In this document: positions 50,077-58,955 of the stretch, piece after piece | Position numbering within the stretch: the stretch's first letter is position 1 | How the letters are laid out: every line of letters begins with the position of its first letter | From: Gammaproteobacteria bacterium | Lineage (GTDB): Bacteria > Pseudomonadota > Gammaproteobacteria > Xanthomonadales > Wenzhouxiangellaceae | Direction: 5' to 3' | DNA length: 64,000 nucleotides | Assembly (NCBI GenBank): GCA_018819105.1 | Contig: JAHJQV010000018.1 | Location: 47,787-111,786, forward strand | Notes under the pieces: generated by a model | The model's database searches: none | Told to the model about the DNA's origin: nothing | Seen by the model: only the letters and a program-made list of their open reading frames with translations | Position numbers and translations under genes: made by a program

Positions 50077-50154
50077 AAATCTGTCACGCTCCGGTCATGA
50101 TGTTTTCATTTTCCTGGCGTAGTTTGACCGATTTACTCATGCAGGGAAACCATC

Positions 50155-51747
50155 ATGCTACGTATTGCCATTTTCGCCATTCTGCTGTTTGCCAACAGTG
50201 CCCAGGCACTGCTGCTGCTACCGTTCGACAGCTTCGGCCCGGGGGTTGAGGGCGGCACCGAAATCTCGGCACATGACCCGATCAGTCAGCGCCTGTTTGT
50301 CACCAACAGTGCCGACAACACACTGGACATCTACAACCTGGGCAACCCGCAACAGGGCGTGACGCTGATCAGCAGCGTTGATCTGAGCGGCTTCGGCGGC
50401 GGCCCCAACAGCGTTGCCGTCAGCAATGGCCTGGTTGCCGTGGCGATCGAGGCTGCGGTGGCACAGGATGCCGGACTGGTGGCGTTTTTCGACAGCGCCG
50501 GCACACCGATCACCAGCATTGCCGCCGGTGCCTTGCCGGACATGGTCACCTTCACCCCCGATGGCAGCAAACTGCTGGTGGCCAACGAGGGCGAACCCAG
50601 CGACGACTACACGGTGGACCCGGAAGGCTCGGTCTCGGTCATTGACATTGTTGCCGGTGCACCGGTAGGCCCGGCCCGCAGCATCGGCTTTGCCGACTTC
50701 AACAGCGGTGGACCGCGCGCTGGCGAATTGCCGCCGGGCGTGCGCATTTTCGGCCCGGGTGCCAGTGTGGCACAGGATCTGGAACCGGAATACATCACCG
50801 TCACCGAGGACAGCGGCATCGCCTACGTCATTCTGCAGGAGAACAACGCGCTGGCGGTGCTGGATGTGGCAGCGGAGAGCATCCTCGCCATCTTTGCCCT
50901 CGGCAGCAAGGACCACAGCCTGCCCGGCAACGGCATGGATGCCAGCGATGACGACAGTGCCATCAACATTGCCAACTGGCCGGTATCCGGCTTCTACATG
51001 CCCGATGCCATCGCCACCGCCAACATCGATGGCCAGCAGTATGTGTTCACCGCCAACGAAGGCGATGCCCGCGATTACGACGGCTTCAGCGAGGAAGACC
51101 GCGTTGATGACCTGGTGCTGGATGCAACCGTGTTCCCCGATGCCGCCACGCTGCAGCAGGATGAAAACCTGGGTCGCCTGACCATCACCACGGTGAATGG
51201 CGATGCCGGCAACGATGGCGACTATGAACAGATCTTCTCCTACGGTGGCCGCTCTTTCAGCATCTGGGACGGTGCCACCGGCGCGCTGGTGTATGACAGC
51301 GGCGACGAGTTCGAGCAGGTCACGGCGCAGTTCGGGCTGCCATTCTTCAACCTCAATGATGGCCGCAGCGACAACAAGGGCCCGGAACCCGAAGGCATCG
51401 ACGTGGCCCGCATCGGTGAACAGTGGCTGGCCTTTATCGGCCTGGAGCGCACCGGTGGCATGTTTGTTTACGATGTCAGCAATCCGCTTGCGCCGGAACT
51501 GGTCACTTATCTGCAGTCACCCGCTGGCGATGTCAGCCCGGAAGGCCTGCTGCTGATCGACGCCAGCGACAGCCCGACCGGCCAGCCCCTGCTGGTGGTC
51601 ACCAACGAGGTCAGCGGCACGGTAAGCCTGATCGGCGTGCGTCCGGCAGCCAGTGAAGTACCGGCCATCAGTCACTTCGGATTGCTGACACTGGCCCTGC
51701 TGTTGCTGCTGGTCGGCGGTTTCATCGCCGCCCGTCGCCAGCCCTGA
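50155..51747 (+). CDS. secreted beta-propeller protein (choice-of-anchor-I / phytase-like) with an IPTL-CTERM-like sorting tail
   Basis: Signal peptide. Motifs VANEGEPSDDY, PEYITV, FTANEGDARDY, GPEPEGI. C-terminus VPAISHFGLLTLALLLLLVGGFIAARRQP is a motif plus TM helix plus basic tail. Confidence 0.65.
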   Translation: MLRIAIFAILLFANSAQALLLLPFDSFGPGVEGGTEISAHDPISQRLFVTNSADNTLDIYNLGNPQQGVTLISSVDLSGFGGGPNSVAVSNGLVAVAIEAAVAQDAGLVAFFDSAGTPITSIAAGALPDMVTFTPDGSKLLVANEGEPSDDYTVDPEGSVSVIDIVAGAPVGPARSIGFADFNSGGPRAGELPPGVRIFGPGASVAQDLEPEYITVTEDSGIAYVILQENNALAVLDVAAESILAIFALGSKDHSLPGNGMDASDDDSAINIANWPVSGFYMPDAIATANIDGQQYVFTANEGDARDYDGFSEEDRVDDLVLDATVFPDAATLQQDENLGRLTITTVNGDAGNDGDYEQIFSYGGRSFSIWDGATGALVYDSGDEFEQVTAQFGLPFFNLNDGRSDNKGPEPEGIDVARIGEQWLAFIGLERTGGMFVYDVSNPLAPELVTYLQSPAGDVSPEGLLLIDASDSPTGQPLLVVTNEVSGTVSLIGVRPAASEVPAISHFGLLTLALLLLLVGGFIAARRQP

Positions 51748-51949
51748 ATCACTGTCCTGAATCACGGCAGGCAGGCCTATCGCCGCAGGGACGCGGCCGG
51801 GGCCGGCGCTGGCAGTGCTACGGCCCAGTGCTAACAAAGCTGTATGAACTTGCGCTGAACCGCGCAATCAAGCATAATCGGTGACCCTCTGCGCGTTTGC
51901 CCAACCAGCCTGACGCGCACAATCGCAATCAAAACCAGAGGTTAGTCAC

Positions 51950-52930
51950 GTGCGATCGGACTGGAATATCACCATAACGGATTATCGTGGTGCCCGCCAT
52001 TATCGCCTCAGCGAGGCAGCGCGACAGAAAATCAAGCTCACGCTCGCATCCTGTCTCGCCGTCAGCGCGATGATGCTGACCGGACTGATTTCGCAGAGCG
52101 TCGGCAAACATGACCTGCAGCAGCAGGTGGCGGCACTGCAGCAGGACAACCAGAGCCTGCAGCGACGCAACAACTTTTTGCTCGCCGAACAACGCGATCT
52201 GATCGCCACCATCGATCAGCGCAGCCGGCGTCTGGCCAGTCTCGACGCCGATATCCAGCAGCTGGAAAGTCTGCTGGCACTGAAAACAGACAGCAATGCA
52301 CCGCTGGAGATGCGCGTCAGCACCGCCTACGACGAAGTTTTCGAGAAGCAGCTGCTGCTGCGCAACATTCCGCGCCTGTCGCCGGTACCGTTCAATGCCA
52401 TCACCAGCAGCTACGGTGTGCGCCGTCACCCCTTGAAGGGCAGCTCAGGCATGCATCACGGGGTGGACCTGCGCGCTGACATGCGCACCCCGGTGGCCGC
52501 CACCGCCGATGGCATCGTGATCAAGGCCGGGCGCTACAGCAACGGCATTGGCAAGATGGTGGAAATCCAGCATCGCTATGGCTTTTCCACCGTCTATGGG
52601 CACCTGGACAATTTTGAGGTTGCCGTCGGCGACATCGTGCATCAGGGCGACATCATCGCCAAAAGCGGCAATACCGGACTCAGCACCGCGCCACATCTTC
52701 ACTATGAAGTGCATTATCTGGGCGACCGCATCGATCCCCAGCCGTTTCTGGAATGGCAGCTCAACCAGTATGACAACCTCATCACACGACAACAGGATGT
52801 ACCATGGGAATCATTGGAAAAAGCCATCGCAACGACGGTGCGGCAGCGCCTGCACCAGCCCGATCAGGCAACGCCGGCAGTACAACGCTCATCGCAGCCA
52901 ACAGCGCGGTTAACGGCAGCCTCACCCTGA
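51950..52930 (+). CDS. M23-family metallopeptidase with an N-terminal TM helix and coiled coil
   Basis: HHGVDLRADMRTPV, GIVIKAG, HLHYEVH motifs. GTG start as in the ORF track. Confidence 0.85.
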   Translation: MRSDWNITITDYRGARHYRLSEAARQKIKLTLASCLAVSAMMLTGLISQSVGKHDLQQQVAALQQDNQSLQRRNNFLLAEQRDLIATIDQRSRRLASLDADIQQLESLLALKTDSNAPLEMRVSTAYDEVFEKQLLLRNIPRLSPVPFNAITSSYGVRRHPLKGSSGMHHGVDLRADMRTPVAATADGIVIKAGRYSNGIGKMVEIQHRYGFSTVYGHLDNFEVAVGDIVHQGDIIAKSGNTGLSTAPHLHYEVHYLGDRIDPQPFLEWQLNQYDNLITRQQDVPWESLEKAIATTVRQRLHQPDQATPAVQRSSQPTARLTAASP

Positions 52931-53271
52931 GCGACAACCTGCACATCGACGGACGCGTCGAGGGTGATATCAGTTCGGAAGGCAACGTCAGCATCGGTGA
53001 GAACGGCTTTTTTGAAGGCACCATTCGTGCCGTCAACATCATTGTCAGCGGTCACATGGACGGCAACATCGACTGTCAGCGGCTGGAAATCGTCGCCAGC
53101 GGCCACGTCAATGGCGAGCTGATCACCGACGATCTGGTGATCGAATCCGGTGGCCGCTTTATCGGCCAGAGCAAAATCCGCAACGACAACACGGTACAGC
53201 TGATCGGCGCAGGCAAAAAGTCCGGCGAGCGTGATGCTGATGCAAAAGATGAACAGGCCGATCGCGCCTGA
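52804..53271 (+). CDS. bactofilin (polymer-forming cytoskeletal protein)
   Basis: MGIIGKS... start, then beta-helical repeats (VNGSLTLSDNLHIDGRVEGDISSEGNVSIGENGFFEGTIRAVNIIVSGHMDGNI...). The only in-frame ATG gives a 127-nt overlap with the M23 gene. Confidence 0.8.
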   Translation: MGIIGKSHRNDGAAAPAPARSGNAGSTTLIAANSAVNGSLTLSDNLHIDGRVEGDISSEGNVSIGENGFFEGTIRAVNIIVSGHMDGNIDCQRLEIVASGHVNGELITDDLVIESGGRFIGQSKIRNDNTVQLIGAGKKSGERDADAKDEQADRA

Positions 53272-53291
53272 AACGAAACCAGACCAGCGTC

Positions 53292-53609
53292 ATGAGCAAA
53301 CCATCCGATCAGCACAATCAGGCCGTCAACCGGCTGATTGAATCTGCCAACGATCTGAAAGACAAGGGCTTTGACCCGCGCGTGATCTCAGCCGCGCTGC
53401 TCAGTGCAGCCGGCATCTACACCACCTATGTCGAAGCCGGCAACGATGGCTTTCTGCAGGATGATGGCGTGGACAAGCTGACCGAGATCTTCCGTCAGCA
53501 ACTGGCGCACATTCAGAACCTGAAGAAAGAAGAGCTGCGCAAGGCCGGCCACAAGGTTGACCAGCCATCACCGCGGACACACGGCCAGAGCGACGCCGGC
53601 CAAACCTGA
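53292..53609 (+). CDS. small acidic protein, DUF3144-like
   Basis: 105 aa. LIESANDLKDKGFDPRVISAALLSAAGIYTTYV resembles DUF3144 from memory. Weak call. Confidence 0.45.
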   Translation: MSKPSDQHNQAVNRLIESANDLKDKGFDPRVISAALLSAAGIYTTYVEAGNDGFLQDDGVDKLTEIFRQQLAHIQNLKKEELRKAGHKVDQPSPRTHGQSDAGQT

Positions 53610-53614
53610 CCAGG

Positions 53615-53885
53615 CTAGTGTACACCGCCGGAGATATTGTAACGTTCAGCGAGTCGGAAAGCGCTTAGCCGCAAGGCATGGCTCGCAGGTCATGGCCATT
53701 CCATGGCCAAGAGCCATAACAAAGCGGATGAGTGCTTTCCGGCTCGCCCTGCCCGAGCGCCCCTGAGGCTGCATGACCGCGTTGCCATCCTTGTCAAGGG
53801 CAAGCCATTAACTTCGGATCGCGTCTTGTACTGCAGCCTCAGGACGCGCTCTGAATGTCACAGTATTTCCGGCGGGGTACACTAG
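53615..53885. mobile_element. MITE-like element, 271 bp with 26-bp terminal inverted repeats
   Basis: ctagtgtacaccgccggagatattgt (53615-53640) versus the reverse complement of acagtatttccggcggggtacactag (53860-53885), 23 of 26 matches. Internal inverted repeat cctgaggctgca (53761-53772) / tgcagcctcagg (53832-53843). No credible ORF. Confidence 0.6.
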
Positions 53886-54041
53886 TGTAATCTTGCACAC
53901 TATTTGGCACCTTCAGCGCGACGCAAAGCTGCCAACACGCCTGCAACATCCCGGATACTCGTAGGAGACTGTTTGCAGGCGAACCAAACCCAGGCATTAA
54001 TCAGCTTCACCCCGCTTCAGAACGATCACAACCACAAAACT

Positions 54042-55337
54042 TCAAACCAGCGCCTGCAACAACGCCCGCAAAGCCGGGTAGTCGGCCGCCATCTGCTGAT
54101 CCGGCTGCGGCATGGCGGTGGCCTGCGCTGCACCATCCTCGCGGGTGACAATCTGTGCGACCAGACCGGCGAACTTGTCCACCGCTGCGGTGGCCACCAC
54201 GACAGCCTGATCCGCCGCGAACATGCCTTGCTGCAGGGCTTGCGCGCAGGCCTGCCAGGCCAGTGCGGTGTGCGGCTCGGCCGGATATTCGGCCGCCGCC
54301 AGTGCACGCATGGCCTGGCGATTGTCGCTCTGATCCACGCGCACGGCGGCAAAGCGTTGGCGCAACTCAGGCCGTTGCTGCAGCAGCCAGAGTATGCGCG
54401 AGAAATTGTTTGGCATGGCAATGTCGATGGCGTTGCTGATGGTCCGCTGCACCGCTTGCGGTTGCCACTGCTGCTGTGCCAGAAACCTGGGCACGGTGTC
54501 GTTTTCGTTGGTCACCGCCAGCACGCCGGCAAACGGCAGACCCAGCGCACAGGCCATCAAAGCCGCGGTGGCATTGCCGAAATTACCGCTGGGTATCGCC
54601 AGCAGCGCCTGCTCTGGCTGCGCGTGCAGCGCGGCGGTGTCGAAGTAATACAGCAGTTGTGCCAAAAGTCGACCGACGTTGATCGAATTGGCGCTGATCA
54701 GATTCAGTTGCCCCAGCGCCGGGTCGACAAAGGCCTGCTTGACCAGCCGCTGGCAGTCATCAAAGCTGCCGTCGACCGCCACGCTGACCACGCGTGCATC
54801 GTCGGCGCAGAAAAACCGCGCCTGTTCCGGCGTCACCCCGGACTCGGGATACAGAATCACCGCGCTGGTGTTGTCATCACCGTCAGCACTCTGCAGCCGC
54901 GCCACCGCCTGTGCCACCGCGCCGCCGGTATCGCCACTGGTGGCGGTCAGAATCACCCGCCTGCGTTCGCTGGGCATACGCTGGAGGCAGGCGATGAGAA
55001 AGCCGGCACCAAAATCCTTGAACGATTTCGACGGTCCGTGAAACAGTTCCAGCACGCTGGTGTGTTCATCCAGCGCCACCAGCGGCAGGGGGAAATCCAG
55101 CAGCTGCTGCAGGATCTCCGGCACCGCGTCGGCCAGCGGATCGGCTCCGATCAGATGCTGCAACAATTGCGTGCCGCGCTGCAGCCGATCCATGCCCAGC
55201 AGTGCGTCGAGGTCGACCAGCGGTGCCAGAGCATCCGGCATGAGCAGACCATCGTTGCTGCCCAGGCCGGCCAGCACGGCCGCTGAAAAGCTCAGTTGCT
55301 GGCTGGCATCGACGATGTTGACAAAGCCTGCGCTCAT
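54042..55337 (-). CDS. thrC: threonine synthase
   Basis: 431 aa. LELFHGPSKSFKDFG (PLP lysine), with an N-terminus collinear with E. coli ThrC. Confidence 0.9.
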   Translation of the reverse strand: MSAGFVNIVDASQQLSFSAAVLAGLGSNDGLLMPDALAPLVDLDALLGMDRLQRGTQLLQHLIGADPLADAVPEILQQLLDFPLPLVALDEHTSVLELFHGPSKSFKDFGAGFLIACLQRMPSERRRVILTATSGDTGGAVAQAVARLQSADGDDNTSAVILYPESGVTPEQARFFCADDARVVSVAVDGSFDDCQRLVKQAFVDPALGQLNLISANSINVGRLLAQLLYYFDTAALHAQPEQALLAIPSGNFGNATAALMACALGLPFAGVLAVTNENDTVPRFLAQQQWQPQAVQRTISNAIDIAMPNNFSRILWLLQQRPELRQRFAAVRVDQSDNRQAMRALAAAEYPAEPHTALAWQACAQALQQGMFAADQAVVVATAAVDKFAGLVAQIVTREDGAAQATAMPQPDQQMAADYPALRALLQALV

Positions 55338-56320
55338 GGCTGTGATTCCTCATTGTGCTTGCGGTGACTTGCTGCCTGTGCCGCAGCGCCGTCGCGATGA
55401 TAGGCCCGGCACACACGAATGAAGCCGCCGCGGTGCAGCGACATGGTCTGCTGCAGCTCGGCAGCCAGCCGCTGGGCCTGGTCGTGATCATCGGCGATGG
55501 CAAAAAAGCTGGGCCCGGAGCCGGAGATGCCGACAAACCTGGCACCGGCCGCCAGCAGTTGTTCGCGGTGCCGTGGATAACCGTCAATCAGACCGGCACG
55601 GTAGGGCTCGGCAATCTCATCGTGCAGATGTGCCAGCACGCTCTCGGCATCCTGCCGGTACAGGCCATCGACCACCACAGCCAGGCGCTGCATCTGCCGG
55701 ATCATCACCTTCCGCGGATAGTCTGTGGGCATGCTGGCACGCGCCGCGCGGGTGGCAATGTGCTGGCCGCTGTAGGCCAGCACATAATGCCAGTGATCGA
55801 TCAGCGGCAGCCGCTGGGGCAGGCCCTGCAGTGGACACAGAACCAGCCCGCCGAGCATGGCCGGGGCGAGGTTGTCCAGATGCGCGCTGCCGCTGGCCTG
55901 GGCTTCCAGTTCTGCCAGCATCTGCCATTGCTCGCTGGCCGTCGGTTCTAACTGCAGCTGTGCCTGGCACCAGGCCGTCAGCGCGCGCAGCGCTGCCACT
56001 GCCGAGGCGGCACTGGAGCCGGTGCCGCTGGCCACCGGCAGACCCTTGTGCAACTGCAGTTGCCAATGGTGCTTGCCGGCACCGTGCTGACGCAGCCACT
56101 GCTGCAACAGCAGCCCGGCCTGGAACACCAGGTTGCTGTCATCGTGTGGTACCGCGTGGGCATAGTCGCCGCTGACCAGCAGCTGCATCTGCGTGCTGGC
56201 AGTGACCTCGACGCGGTCGCCCAGCAGGCTGCCGTCCACCGCCGCCAGAGCCAGACCGAGCACATCAAAACCGACACTGAAGTTGCCGATCGAAGCCGGC
56301 GCGAAGCCATGGCTGATCAT
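55334..56320 (-). CDS. thrB: homoserine kinase (GHMP type)
   Basis: APASIGNFSVGFDVLG and the GHMP motif GLPVASGTGSSAASAVA. ATGA overlaps at both ends. Confidence 0.9.
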   Translation of the reverse strand: MISHGFAPASIGNFSVGFDVLGLALAAVDGSLLGDRVEVTASTQMQLLVSGDYAHAVPHDDSNLVFQAGLLLQQWLRQHGAGKHHWQLQLHKGLPVASGTGSSAASAVAALRALTAWCQAQLQLEPTASEQWQMLAELEAQASGSAHLDNLAPAMLGGLVLCPLQGLPQRLPLIDHWHYVLAYSGQHIATRAARASMPTDYPRKVMIRQMQRLAVVVDGLYRQDAESVLAHLHDEIAEPYRAGLIDGYPRHREQLLAAGARFVGISGSGPSFFAIADDHDQAQRLAAELQQTMSLHRGGFIRVCRAYHRDGAAAQAASHRKHNEESQP

Positions 56321-57072
56321 GACGGCACCGGCCTGAGCAGGGCCGCGTCATCGTATTCGGGGTTGTTCACCGCCTTGCTGACCTCCACGGCGGCCATCTC
56401 GTCGGCCGGCGGTGGTTGCAACAGCTGTTCGGCCTCCTGCTTGCTGCCTGTCAGCCAGACATCCCACTGCGGTGGCTCGATCACCACCGGCGCGCGGTGA
56501 TGGCCGATGTCCGCCAGCAGCCGGTTCGGCGCGGTGGTGATGATGGTGCACGAGGCCGTGACTGTACCATCCTTGCTGCTGGAACGATCCCACAACCCGG
56601 CAAAGGTGAACATCGGCTGGTTCAGCGGGTACACGCGGTAGGGCGTTTTCGGCTGCGTGTGCTGGTTCCACTCGTAAAACCACGAGGCTGGAATCAGGCA
56701 GCGCTGATCATGCTGCCAGGCACCGCGATAGGCCGGCTTGTCGCGCACGGTCACGGAAAACGGCCAGTCGACCTCGCTGCGGCAGTTGGCGGTATGGTAT
56801 TTCGGCAGCGCGCCGTGCGCCCAGAACGGGATCAGTGGCCACACCAGCAGATCCAGACGGCGCTGGCCGTTGATCTGGCGCAGCACCGGCAACCGTTCCA
56901 GTATGCTGTGGCCGCCGCGCTGGCGGCTGGGTGCCAGGTTGTAGCGCTGCACACCGGTGGACGGAACCTGCAGGCTGCCGTCAGCGGCGTGATCATCGCT
57001 CGCTTCAGCTGATGCGTTCAGGTAGTCCTGCAGCTGTCCGGCGCTGGCGGTGATGCCCAGTCTTCCGCACAT
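56317..57072 (-). CDS. SOS-response-associated peptidase (SRAP / YedK family, abasic-site crosslinking)
   Basis: True N-terminus MCGRLG (catalytic Cys2) at 57072. NLAPS, LVWPLIPFW, RCLIPASWFYEW motifs. Confidence 0.85.
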   Translation of the reverse strand: MCGRLGITASAGQLQDYLNASAEASDDHAADGSLQVPSTGVQRYNLAPSRQRGGHSILERLPVLRQINGQRRLDLLVWPLIPFWAHGALPKYHTANCRSEVDWPFSVTVRDKPAYRGAWQHDQRCLIPASWFYEWNQHTQPKTPYRVYPLNQPMFTFAGLWDRSSSKDGTVTASCTIITTAPNRLLADIGHHRAPVVIEPPQWDVWLTGSKQEAEQLLQPPPADEMAAVEVSKAVNNPEYDDAALLRPVPS

Positions 57073-58315
57073 GGCGTGCTCCTTCAATCGTGGCCCGATG
57101 ACCCTCCGGTCGCCATGCCGGCGCGATCACATTGGGCATGTCCGAGCGGCCCAGCAGCACGCCCGGCGCAATGGCAAACTCGCCATAGCGCTGGTTGATT
57201 GTATCAACCACCTGATGCAATGCGCGCTGCTGATCGCGCTGCGGCCGCAACCAGTCCTGCTGCTGGCCGGTGGGCTGTGGATCCTGCGCTGTGATCTGCA
57301 CCTGAAACACGCCTTCGCCGTGCCAGTGCTGCTGCAGAAAGTGCTGGCACATGCGCCGCAGCTTGCTGCTGCTGTCGGTGGGCATGACGCGGTACTGGTA
57401 CTCCAGCCAGCGCTCGCGTGTGCGCAGACCGATGTAGAACCGGCTGGCCTCGTAGTTGTGCTTGCGCAGCCGTGCGGCGACCTTCTCGGCCATGTGGATC
57501 AGATAGGTGTGCACGGTATCGGCGTCGCGCGTGTCCGGCGGCATCACCTTGCCGTGACCAATCGACTTCGGCGCGGCCACGTCCAGTTCCAGCGGGGCCG
57601 GATCGTGGCCGCGACAGACCGACCACAGGCGCCGACCGATGCTGCCCCAGCGTCCGGCCAGCACGCTCATTGGCAGCTTGGCGACATCGCCACAGGTGTG
57701 CGCACCGTAGCGGGCCAGATGCTCGCGGATGCCACGCGCGATGCCGCACAGCTCGTCCACCGGGCGCCCGGCCAGCGCCGCCCGCACCTGCTCCGGCGGC
57801 AGGATGGTGAGACCATCGGGCTTGTTCTGCTTGGCCGCCCATTTGGCGCTCAGCTTGCCTTCACTGATGCCGACACTGCAACGCACGCCGGACACCTGAT
57901 AAATGACCTGCTTGATGTGCTCGCCAATGGCTTCCACCGAGCCGAACATTTTCTGGCTGGCGGTGACATCAAGAAAGGCCTCGTCCACCGAGAACACCTC
58001 GATCAGCGGGGTGATGCAGCCCAGCGCATGCATGATGCGCGAGGAGATCTCGGCATAGCGCTGCGGCCGCGCCGGTTTGCGCACCAACTCCGGACACAGC
58101 TTTAGTGCATCGCGCAGGCGCATGGTGGTCTTGACGCCACAGGCGCGCGCCTCATAAGAACAGGTGATGATGCAGCTGCCACGCATGCCGTTGGTCACCG
58201 CCACCGGCCGGCCGCGCAGTGCCGGGTCGTCGAGCTGCTCGATGCTGGCAAAAAAGGCGTTCATGTCGGCCAGGGCAATGGCGCGCCGCCACGGCTTGCT
58301 GTTGGCATTGGGCAT
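57005..58315 (-). CDS. Y-family DNA polymerase (DinB/Pol IV-like, catalytic residues intact)
   Basis: ORF 57005..58435; start MPNANSKPW at 58315. IALADMNAFFASIEQ and FSVDEAFLDVT carry the catalytic Asp/Glu residues. The 3' end overlaps the SRAP gene by 68 nt. Confidence 0.85.
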   Translation of the reverse strand: MPNANSKPWRRAIALADMNAFFASIEQLDDPALRGRPVAVTNGMRGSCIITCSYEARACGVKTTMRLRDALKLCPELVRKPARPQRYAEISSRIMHALGCITPLIEVFSVDEAFLDVTASQKMFGSVEAIGEHIKQVIYQVSGVRCSVGISEGKLSAKWAAKQNKPDGLTILPPEQVRAALAGRPVDELCGIARGIREHLARYGAHTCGDVAKLPMSVLAGRWGSIGRRLWSVCRGHDPAPLELDVAAPKSIGHGKVMPPDTRDADTVHTYLIHMAEKVAARLRKHNYEASRFYIGLRTRERWLEYQYRVMPTDSSSKLRRMCQHFLQQHWHGEGVFQVQITAQDPQPTGQQQDWLRPQRDQQRALHQVVDTINQRYGEFAIAPGVLLGRSDMPNVIAPAWRPEGHRATIEGARHVRKTGHHRQRRTAAGLPERIS

Positions 58316-58325
58316 GGCCACCACC

Positions 58326-58925
58326 TCAGAAGAACCGGTGCACGGAATGCAGGATGCCCTGCACCTGCACCCGCTCGGGATCGTAGTGGCGGGCCGGGTA
58401 GGCCGGATTCTCGGCCTGCAGCGTGACGCGGCCATCGCGCTGGTAGATGCGCTTCAGCGTGGCTTCCTGATCATCGATCAGCGCCACCACGATGGCACCA
58501 TTGGGGGCCGACTGGGCCGGTCGAATCAGCACCGTGTCGCCGTCGTAAATGCCGGCGTCGATCATCGAATCGCCGCTGACCAGCAACTGATACAGCCCGG
58601 GCTGCTCCAGTCGCTCGTGAAAATCCACGTGCTCGTTTTCGGGAATTGCCTCGATCGGCCGCCCGGCGGCAATGCGCCCGGCCAGCGGAATCACCGGGAA
58701 CCTGCGCCCGGCGTCCTCGTCCTGCGGCGGCAGCGTGAGCCCGCGCGAGCGATGGTCATCGCGCTGCAGGTGCCCGGCTTCGATCAGGGCATTGACGTAA
58801 TGCCTCACCGAACCGCGCGAACGGTAGCCAATCGCCTCGGTGATCTCCTGCAGAGTGGGACTGAAACCCCACTCACGGATTGCCGTGGTGACATAATCAA
58901 GAATCTTGCGCTCTGCTGGTTTCAT
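58326..58925 (-). CDS. lexA: LexA repressor
   Basis: 199 aa. Winged-HTH N-terminus (GFSPTLQEITEAIGYRSRGSVRHYVNAL). Cleavage/protease part VSGDSMIDAGIYDGD...ATLKR (Ser/Lys dyad). Confidence 0.9.
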   Translation of the reverse strand: MKPAERKILDYVTTAIREWGFSPTLQEITEAIGYRSRGSVRHYVNALIEAGHLQRDDHRSRGLTLPPQDEDAGRRFPVIPLAGRIAAGRPIEAIPENEHVDFHERLEQPGLYQLLVSGDSMIDAGIYDGDTVLIRPAQSAPNGAIVVALIDDQEATLKRIYQRDGRVTLQAENPAYPARHYDPERVQVQGILHSVHRFF

Positions 58926-58936
58926 GACACCAGCTT

Positions 58937-58955
58937 ATAGTACAAATATAGTACA
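58937..58955. promoter_or_regulatory. candidate LexA operator (GTAC-N7-GTAC; ATAGTACA x2 with 11-bp period)
   Basis: atagtacaaatatagtaca lies 12-30 nt upstream of the lexA ATG and overlaps a TATATT -10-like hexamer on the minus strand. No CTGT-N8-ACAG box is visible. Confidence 0.35.

Noticed and set aside
53904-55286. 460-aa plus-strand ORF
   Set aside because: Antisense to thrC and running over the MITE-like element. No motifs.
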